The notes beneath the pieces were generated by a model that ran no database searches, was not told the origin of the DNA, and saw only the letters and a list, made by a program, of their open reading frames with translations. Below, in pieces: positions 57,630 through 64,000 of a stretch of 64,000 nt of DNA. This stretch comes from an uncultured Acidimicrobiales bacterium. Its GTDB lineage: Bacteria; Actinomycetota; Acidimicrobiia; Acidimicrobiales; JANYDT01. A program made the position numbers and the translations under genes. Location: NCBI GenBank assembly GCA_963763885.1, contig CAVXQD010000001.1, positions 497,262 to 561,261 on the forward strand, in the 5' to 3' direction. Numbering within the stretch: position 1 is the stretch's first letter; the number at the start of each line of letters is the position of its first letter.

Positions 57630-58949
57630 TTAGCCCTTTAGTTCTGTCCAGGCCTTGGTCCATTCCGCAAATTCTTTGCAGATCGGCCCGCGTCCGTCGA
57701 GGCATTCCTTGGTTGGCGTTGTCCAGTACCAGATCTTGGAGAAGTACTCCTCGTCACCAGCGTGGAACAGCGTGCAATGCTCTTTGTTGTCCGTGAGCGC
57801 GCATGCCTTTTGGTTGGAAGGTGCTTCACCGAAATACTCCGTTGCCTTGGCATTGCCTTCCGGAGAAATGATGTAGTCCATCCATTTGTATGCGCAGTTC
57901 GGGTTCTTGGCCTTCGACGAAACCATCCACGTGTCGGACCAACCGGTTGAGCCTTCCTTCGGAAGTACTACTTCAACTTTGGTGCCTTCCGCTTTGGCGG
58001 CATTCGCGACAACCTGCCACGTGGTTCCAGCAGTCATTGTGCCGGTCTTGAAGGCAGCCATTTGCTTTAGGTAGTCGCTCCAGTACTCTGAAACCAGACC
58101 TTTTTGCGTTTGCAGAAGTTCGATGGCTGCAGCAAATTGAGTCTCGTCCAGTGCGTACGGGTTGGTGATGCCCAGGTCAGGCTTGGTGGACATCAGGTAG
58201 ACCGCTGCATCGGCGATGTAGATGGGTGCGTCGTACGCAGTGACTCCGCCCTTGGCAGGCGAATCCGCTTCCCACACAACGCTCCAACTGTCAGGCGCCG
58301 TTGCGAACTTGTCGGTGTTGTACATCAGCAGGTTGGCTCCACGCCCGTGAGGAACACCGTAAGCCTTGCCTCCAACAGAGTTCCACGGCTTGCCCTTCAG
58401 CGCCTCGTAAACATCGGCATAGTTGGTCATGAGGGCGGTGTTGACGGGGGACACCTCACCGGAAGCGATGAGGCGAAGGCTTGCGTCGCCAGAAGCGCTC
58501 ACGACGTCGTATTCGCCGGTCTGCATGAGCGCAACCATCTCATCGGAGGTGTTGCCCACCTTCACGTTGACGGTGCAGTTGGAGGCCTGTTGGAATGGCT
58601 CAACCCATGCCTTTTCGGTGTAGCCGGGCCAAGCGACGATGTTCACCTGACCTTCGCTGTCGCCGATTGCTTCCAGCATCGGCAGGTCTGGTGCGGCAAT
58701 TCCCGCGGCTGCCTCGTTTCCGCCTTCGGCCGCTGCGGCGGTTGTTTCAGTGGCGGAATCGGTAGCCGGAGCTTCCTCTGCCGGAGCGTCGGTGGCTGGC
58801 ACCGTCTCGGAGCTTTCGGCGACCGTTTCTGTGCTCTCGATGCTGGTCTCAGTGCTGGTGTCTGTGGATTCGGCGTCCGATCCACATGCAGCGAGCACGA
58901 AAACAGTGGCAGCAAAAATGGCTGCGGTTCTCAACATTGGCTTTCGCAT
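57630..58949 (-). CDS. ABC transporter solute-binding lipoprotein (polyamine/PotD-PotF-like)
   Basis: The lipobox is VFVLAACGSD. A Thr/Glu/Ser/Ala-rich linker of about 70 aa precedes a periplasmic-binding-protein fold. Confidence 0.85.
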   Translation of the reverse strand: MRKPMLRTAAIFAATVFVLAACGSDAESTDTSTETSIESTETVAESSETVPATDAPAEEAPATDSATETTAAAAEGGNEAAAGIAAPDLPMLEAIGDSEGQVNIVAWPGYTEKAWVEPFQQASNCTVNVKVGNTSDEMVALMQTGEYDVVSASGDASLRLIASGEVSPVNTALMTNYADVYEALKGKPWNSVGGKAYGVPHGRGANLLMYNTDKFATAPDSWSVVWEADSPAKGGVTAYDAPIYIADAAVYLMSTKPDLGITNPYALDETQFAAAIELLQTQKGLVSEYWSDYLKQMAAFKTGTMTAGTTWQVVANAAKAEGTKVEVVLPKEGSTGWSDTWMVSSKAKNPNCAYKWMDYIISPEGNAKATEYFGEAPSNQKACALTDNKEHCTLFHAGDEEYFSKIWYWTTPTKECLDGRGPICKEFAEWTKAWTELKG

Positions 58950-59015
58950 GGTTGGTTCCTCTTCTTCTGGTTTGGTCTCTTGGTGGTGATGGTGTTGCGT
59001 GGTTGGGTCTGGCGG

Positions 59016-60110
59016 TTAACCAGCCAACTCTGTGAAGGAGTCCCGGTTTGCCGAAACTCGAATGGATTGGCCTGGGTTGGGAAGCGAAACAGCGGTGGAA
59101 CACAGCGCGATCAACTCGCAGCCGTCGCCAGCATCGATGCGGACTCGTTGTTCAGCCCCGACGTATTGAACATGACGAACGGTGCCGGCGATAACAACGG
59201 GCTCGTCTGTTGAGGTACTTGTGGGCGAGGTACTTGTGGGCGAGGTACTTGTGGGTTGGTCCCCGTTCGACATGATCGAAAGCCGTTCCGGGCGAATCGA
59301 AAACGTGCCCACACTTCCAAGGAGTCGCTCGGCGACTTTGCCTTCGATCAGGCTGGACGTTCCGACAAAACCAGCCACAAATCGTGTCTGTGGGGTTTCG
59401 TACAGGTCCCTCGGCGTCCCAACCTGCACGATGCGACCCTTGTCGAAGACAGCAACTCGGTCACTCATAGTGAGCGCCTCGTCTTGGTCGTGGGTCACAA
59501 AAACAAACGTGATCCCGGCCTCGTTCTGAATTGATTTCAGTTCAACCTGCATCTCTTCGCGCAGCTTGAGGTCGAGCGCACCGAGGGGCTCGTCGAGCAA
59601 CAGCACCTTCGGCCGGTTCACCAGCGCCCGAGCAAGCGCAACTCGTTGCCGTTGTCCACCAGACAGTTCGCTTGGCCGCCGCTCCTCGTACTCAGAAAGC
59701 CTCACCCCTGCAAGTGCTGCCCTCGCTCGTTGTGAGCGTTCTTTCGCACCGACCTTCTTCACAAGGAGGCCGTACTCCACGTTGCGCAGGACGTTCATGT
59801 GTGGGAACAGGGCGTAATCCTGGAACACGGTGTTGACGTCTCGGTCGAATGGGGCCACTCCGGTGACATCGGTCCCGTCCAGCAGGATCTGGCCGCTGGA
59901 CACCTGTTCGAACCCGGCGATCATGCGAAGCACGGTCGTCTTGCCAGAGCCCGAGGGGCCAAGGAGTGTGAAGAACTCGCCCTGGCGAATGTCGAGGTTC
60001 ACACCGTCTACCGCGGCAACCGCGCCGAATCGCTTGTGTACGTCAACAAGCGAAATTGCAGCCGCGCTGAGCGGAGGGATCAGTGTGGAACCCGACGTGG
60101 AGGAACCCAT
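59016..60110 (-). CDS. ABC transporter ATP-binding protein (PotA-like)
   Basis: Motifs are GPSGSGKTT (Walker A), LSGGQRQRVALARAL (signature) and LLLDEP (Walker B). The C-terminal regulatory domain carries a (PTSTS)x3 insert. Confidence 0.93.
   Translation of the reverse strand: MGSSTSGSTLIPPLSAAAISLVDVHKRFGAVAAVDGVNLDIRQGEFFTLLGPSGSGKTTVLRMIAGFEQVSSGQILLDGTDVTGVAPFDRDVNTVFQDYALFPHMNVLRNVEYGLLVKKVGAKERSQRARAALAGVRLSEYEERRPSELSGGQRQRVALARALVNRPKVLLLDEPLGALDLKLREEMQVELKSIQNEAGITFVFVTHDQDEALTMSDRVAVFDKGRIVQVGTPRDLYETPQTRFVAGFVGTSSLIEGKVAERLLGSVGTFSIRPERLSIMSNGDQPTSTSPTSTSPTSTSTDEPVVIAGTVRHVQYVGAEQRVRIDAGDGCELIALCSTAVSLPNPGQSIRVSANRDSFTELAG
59212..59256. repeat. 15-bp tandem repeat, 3 copies, inside the ATPase gene
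   Basis: gaggtacttgtgggc occurs twice, followed by gaggtacttgtgggt. It encodes PTSTS-PTSTS-PTSTS on the minus strand. Confidence 0.9.
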
Positions 60111-60145
60111 TTGGCCACGTTACCGATTCATGACGAATCGCGGCT

Positions 60146-60964
60146 TCATCGGTGGATCGTGTTTTCGTTGGTCCCGTCGATCATGTTCGGCCAAGCCTGT
60201 TTCGCCCACGGTCCGAACGGTTCTGGAGACACGGAACACCACGCCTCCATGCGCACCGGATCGACCGCCAACATGGCACCGCTCTGACCGAAGTGCCCAA
60301 ACGTTTCAGGAGAATTCGACGTTCCGGTCCAGTGTGGGCGCTTGTTTCCTTTGATCTCGAACCCAAGCCCCCAGGGGCACGGGCGTTGCATCCCGAATCC
60401 AGGAACAAACCCGTCGAGGTTTGGCCACCAGGGTTCTACGGCTCGGCGAAGCGTCTCTTTCGCGAGCAGAGTCGGCGACACCAGTTCGGCCGCAAAGGTA
60501 ACCAGATCCAAAATTGTGCCACGAGCGCCCGCCGCTGGGTCGCCCCAATCGACCGTTGTCATCCCCAACGGTTGGAGGACTCCCTGGGCAACGTAATCCG
60601 AGAATCGCATGTCAGCGCTGCGTTCGACGAGGCGGGCGGCGAGCCGAAACCCCGCATTGGAGTAGAGCCGTTGGGACTCAGCGGCCATGATTGGAGTGGC
60701 GTCGTCGAAGGCGAGACCGCCCGCGTGGGCCAATAGGTGAGCAAGGGTGACACCCGGAAGGTCAGCGGACGTGTCGGTCAACGAAACGACGCCCTCTTCA
60801 ACGGCAATCAGGCACGCATAGGCCGTGACGAGTTTGGTGACCGACGCCCATTTGAATTGACCCGTTTCTGTGCCGGATACCTGTGACAGAGCGCCGTGAC
60901 GGAGATGTGCCGACGCCCCGTCGTGAGGTGTCCAAAGGTTGCCCACGGTGACCGAAGGTGACAA
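60146..60964 (-). CDS. serine hydrolase (beta-lactamase-related family)
   Basis: The SxxK motif is FKWASVTKLVTAY. LLAHAGGL and YSNAGF are also present. Confidence 0.75.
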   Translation of the reverse strand: MSPSVTVGNLWTPHDGASAHLRHGALSQVSGTETGQFKWASVTKLVTAYACLIAVEEGVVSLTDTSADLPGVTLAHLLAHAGGLAFDDATPIMAAESQRLYSNAGFRLAARLVERSADMRFSDYVAQGVLQPLGMTTVDWGDPAAGARGTILDLVTFAAELVSPTLLAKETLRRAVEPWWPNLDGFVPGFGMQRPCPWGLGFEIKGNKRPHWTGTSNSPETFGHFGQSGAMLAVDPVRMEAWCSVSPEPFGPWAKQAWPNMIDGTNENTIHR

Positions 60965-60991
60965 ACGGGATCAGAACGGATCAGAACGGGG

Positions 60992-61294
60992 TCAGGGGGT
61001 CGGCGGAGTTGCGCTCTGCGCCGGCCGGAGATCGACGCGGAGCACGAGAAAGCCGTCCTCGATCACGCCGACGGCATCTCCGATGATTGCGAAATCCATA
61101 AAGTCCGTCTGGGCGCGGTCGATGAACATCTTGCGCTCAGCGCCTTCGACCGGTGGCATGGGTCGGTTCTTCACTGCCTTTGCACGTTCTTGGAACCGGC
61201 GAATCATGGCGTCGATGTCGAGAGAAGCGCTCACGTATTCAGCGTAACCCGCGGACCGAAGACCCTCAATCGGGCTCTTTGGCGCGCCTGGCAC
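60992..61294 (-). CDS. hypothetical protein
   Basis: A 100-aa ORF with plausible composition (DIDAMIRRFQERAKAVKNRPMPPVEGAERKMFIDRAQTDFMDFAIIGD). No family was recognised. Confidence 0.4.
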   Translation of the reverse strand: MPGAPKSPIEGLRSAGYAEYVSASLDIDAMIRRFQERAKAVKNRPMPPVEGAERKMFIDRAQTDFMDFAIIGDAVGVIEDGFLVLRVDLRPAQSATPPTP

Positions 61295-61476
61295 GTAAAT
61301 GAACGCAAGAAATTAGGCACGCCACACCCCCTGGCAGCCCCGCAGAATGGGCGGTGTGACCAGCGACACCGTCCCTGAAGGGCCTTTTCCTCTGCTTATG
61401 TCATCAATTGGACGCCAAGTGCAGGTATCGTAGATGCCCGCACGCATGAGATGACACCAGACGTAGGGAGTGTGAC

Positions 61477-61659
61477 GTGAAGAAGGGTCGACACCGCCGC
61501 TTCGAAGAGGCTCGCGCCTTGAAGCGGAACACAGATCTCAATCTCGGCACACCTTGCGAGGAGTGCGGCGCCGGCGCGGATGAAACCTGCGCTTCTTGGT
61601 GCCTAGCCCGAGTGCTTGACGAGGATGACGAAGAGGAAGAGGCCGAAGAAGCGGTCTGA
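61477..61659 (+). CDS. small basic-N / acidic-C protein with four cysteines (CxxC...CxxxC)
   Basis: GGGAG lies 8 nt before GTG 61477. The sequence is KKGRHRRFEEARALKRN...PCEECGAGADETCASWC...DEDDEEEEAEEAV. Confidence 0.45.
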   Translation: MKKGRHRRFEEARALKRNTDLNLGTPCEECGAGADETCASWCLARVLDEDDEEEEAEEAV

Positions 61660-61917
61660 TCCATAAGCGGTCAGGGCACCGAAACGCCCTGAGGTTGTCC
61701 GCCATCTCTCTATTTCTCCACATGCGTGTTCACCGTTACTCGTCCTTTCGTTGGACTGCGCGTGGCGCGTTCTACCAACTATCTCCAACCAGCGACGGGG
61801 TCGAAAAGCGATCCTGAACCGCCGCTCTCCGGACCGGTGCTGTCACCCTGCGGGCTTTGCTCGCGCCGACGTGCCGCCCCTGGCACACCCTGAGCTCGAG
61901 AGACTGCAGAACACCCC

Positions 61918-63762
61918 ATGGAACTTCGCAATATCGCCATCGTCGCCCACGTCGACCACGGCAAAACAACCCTTGTCGACGCAATGCTTCGGTCAACCGG
62001 AGCTATGTCCGGTCGCGGCGAGGCAGTTGACCGCGTCATGGACTCCAACGACCAGGAGCGCGAACGCGGTATCACCATCTTCGCCAAGCAGGCTTCCATC
62101 CGGTGGCAGCACTACAAGCTCAACATCGTCGATACCCCTGGACACGCTGACTTCGGTGGCGAAGTAGAGCGGGGGCTGCACATCGTTGACGGCGTCCTGT
62201 TGCTCGTCGATGCAGCAGAAGGTCCTCTCCCGCAGACCCGCTACGTGCTCTCCAAGGCTCTGGCACGTCGCCTCCCCGTGGTTGTGGTGATCAATAAGGT
62301 CGACCGCCAGGACGCCCGTGCCGAGGAAGTGCTGCACGAGGTGGAGCACTTGTTCCTTGACCTCATCGAGGCTGCCGGCCTCGACGTCGAGCACCTCGAC
62401 TTCCCGGTGGTCAGTGCCATCGCTCGTGACGGCCGTGCTGTTTCCGGCATTGGTATGCCTGGAGCCGCAGACGATCTCACCCCGCTGTTCGAGGCAATCG
62501 TCAAAACCATCCCGGCCCCAACCGGCGATGCAGAAGGCCCCCTACAGGCCATCGTCAACAATCTCGATGCCAGCGAGTACTTGGGTCGTCTGGCTATTGG
62601 TCGAGTACAGCGCGGCACACTTCGTGCTGGCGAAACCATCGCCCTCCTGCAGGCGCAGCCAAACCCTGGCGTTCCTGGTGGTGTCCTGAAACGCAAGCCC
62701 GGAACGTTGTACAACGTCGATGGCCTGAAGCGCGTCGAGACCGAAGAGATCCTCGCCGGCGACCTGTTCGTCATCGCAGGGTTCCCAGAGGTTGAAATCG
62801 GGGACACGTTCGCGTCACCAACAGAGCCTGAGGCACTTGAGCGTCTGACTGTCGACGAGCCCGTGCTCCGGATGACCTTCGGCGTCAACACCTCGCCAAT
62901 GGCCGGCAAGGCCAAGGAATCGAAGTACCTCACCTCGCGCCACCTCCGCGATCGTCTCCACCGAGAGATCCTTGGCAACGTTTCCATCCGCTTGGCTGAT
63001 ACCGAGTCTCCCGACATTCTCGAGGTGGCAGGTCGCGGCGAGTTGCAGCTTGCCGTGCTCATCGAGACCATGCGTCGTGAGGGATACGAGCTGCAGGTTT
63101 CCCGTCCAGAAGTCATTACCAAAGAGATCGACGGCAAGCGTCACGAGCCGTTCGAAGAAGTCATCGTGGATACGCCCGACGAGTACGTCGGCGCGGTCAC
63201 GCAGGCGCTTGCACCTCGCAAGGGACAGATGACGGACATGCGTCCCGGGGACAATGGACGCAGCATCCTGCGTTTCGAGTGCCCGTCGCGTGGCCTACTT
63301 GGCCTGCGCTCCGAGCTGCTCACCCAGACTCGCGGCACAGCGCTCATCAACCAACGTCACGAGGGGTATATCCCGTGGGTTGGCGACCTTCCACACCGCC
63401 TGGGCGGTGCCATGGTTGCTGACCGTCAAGGTCCGGCCACGGAATATGCAATGGACAACCTGCAGTCGCGCGGCACGTACTTCATCGAGCCAGGCGACGT
63501 CGTCTACGAAGGCATGGTTATCGGCGAGAACGCTCGCAACGACGAAATGCTCGTCAACATCTGCCGTGAAAAGAAGCTCACCAACATTCGTACGCACAGC
63601 CACGACGAGATTGTGAAGCTTCCTCCAAAGCGAGACATGACCCTCGAAACCTCTATCGAGTGGATCGGCCCAGACGAGCTTGTCGAGGTCACGCCGGTGG
63701 CCATCCGTGTGCGGAAGAAGAGCCTCAAAGAAGAGGATCGCCGCCGGGAGAACCGCAAGTAG
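61918..63762 (+). CDS. typA: translational GTPase TypA/BipA
   Basis: Motifs are [32 protein letters not shown] and INKVDR, with EF-G-like domains. 614 aa. Confidence 0.96.
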   Translation: MELRNIAIVAHVDHGKTTLVDAMLRSTGAMSGRGEAVDRVMDSNDQERERGITIFAKQASIRWQHYKLNIVDTPGHADFGGEVERGLHIVDGVLLLVDAAEGPLPQTRYVLSKALARRLPVVVVINKVDRQDARAEEVLHEVEHLFLDLIEAAGLDVEHLDFPVVSAIARDGRAVSGIGMPGAADDLTPLFEAIVKTIPAPTGDAEGPLQAIVNNLDASEYLGRLAIGRVQRGTLRAGETIALLQAQPNPGVPGGVLKRKPGTLYNVDGLKRVETEEILAGDLFVIAGFPEVEIGDTFASPTEPEALERLTVDEPVLRMTFGVNTSPMAGKAKESKYLTSRHLRDRLHREILGNVSIRLADTESPDILEVAGRGELQLAVLIETMRREGYELQVSRPEVITKEIDGKRHEPFEEVIVDTPDEYVGAVTQALAPRKGQMTDMRPGDNGRSILRFECPSRGLLGLRSELLTQTRGTALINQRHEGYIPWVGDLPHRLGGAMVADRQGPATEYAMDNLQSRGTYFIEPGDVVYEGMVIGENARNDEMLVNICREKKLTNIRTHSHDEIVKLPPKRDMTLETSIEWIGPDELVEVTPVAIRVRKKSLKEEDRRRENRK

Positions 63763-63882
63763 TTCCCTCAGGGTTCTGAGGTTCCGTTGTCAACGCGCTG
63801 CTGTTGGTGCGCGCACAAAACGCGCATCAACATCTCATAAGGGCTCATAGGGTCTTCATGTCCTGCCGGTAGCCTGACCGGC

Positions 63883-64000
63883 ATGGCTCGAACCACTTCC
63901 CCGGTTGCCGTCGTCGCGACGTGCGTCTCTCTTTTGGTCGCTGCGATGACCCAGGTCTCTTCTGCCGAGGCGCATCCAGCCACTGCGCGGACGGCTGCAG
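63883..64000 (+). CDS. secreted protein, N-terminal fragment (runs off the window)
   Basis: ATG 63883 gives MARTTSPVAVVATCVSLLVAAMTQVSSAEA/HPATART, a signal-peptide-like sequence with an AxA site. The frame is open to the window end. Confidence 0.4.
   Translation, partial: MARTTSPVAVVATCVSLLVAAMTQVSSAEAHPATARTAA

Noticed and set aside
63766-63781. cctcag-ggtt-ctgagg hairpin just after the typA stop, considered as a terminator.
   Set aside because: The stem is only 6 bp and no T-tract follows. The support is too weak to list as a feature.

Overview
All calls come from reading the sequence and the ORF track by eye. No BLAST, HMM, folding or SECIS software was run, so product names rest on motifs recalled from memory.

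The window looks like a high-GC Actinomycetota-type chromosome. Supporting signs are a conservon, NucS, an F420/LLM enzyme, a WXG100-like protein and a class II DAHP synthase. Gene density is high and many neighbouring genes overlap by 4 nt (ATGA or GTGA).

The backbone is housekeeping:
- nadD-rsfS
- map, leuS, rpe-mog, rlmN
- a split his operon (hisC-B-H-A ... hisF ... hisI)
- trpC-F-B-A
- an S1-domain protein
- a Pot-like ABC importer
- typA
- one tRNA-Ala(GGC)

The most notable items are:
1. A lower-GC island sits between hisF and hisI. It carries a PA14 + RHS/YD-repeat polymorphic toxin with an unrecognised glycine-rich hydrophobic C-terminal domain. A 1-nt-overlapping 87-aa two-TM candidate immunity ORF follows it, then a decayed IS30-family element with about 21-bp terminal inverted repeats.
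2. A hidden selenoprotein candidate. Two track ORFs share one frame and are joined by an in-frame TGA that reads H-U-G-S-C (a UxxC motif). It is translationally coupled to a 370-aa protein of unknown function.
3. A four-gene conservon (sensor kinase, roadblock/LC7, DUF742, small GTPase). The kinase has a triple C-terminal repeat.
4. A tandem 64-bp element repeated beside the tRNA.
5. A frameshifted TauE/SafE permease.
6. An orphan WXG100-like gene with its own candidate promoter and terminator.

No rRNA genes or CRISPR arrays were seen.
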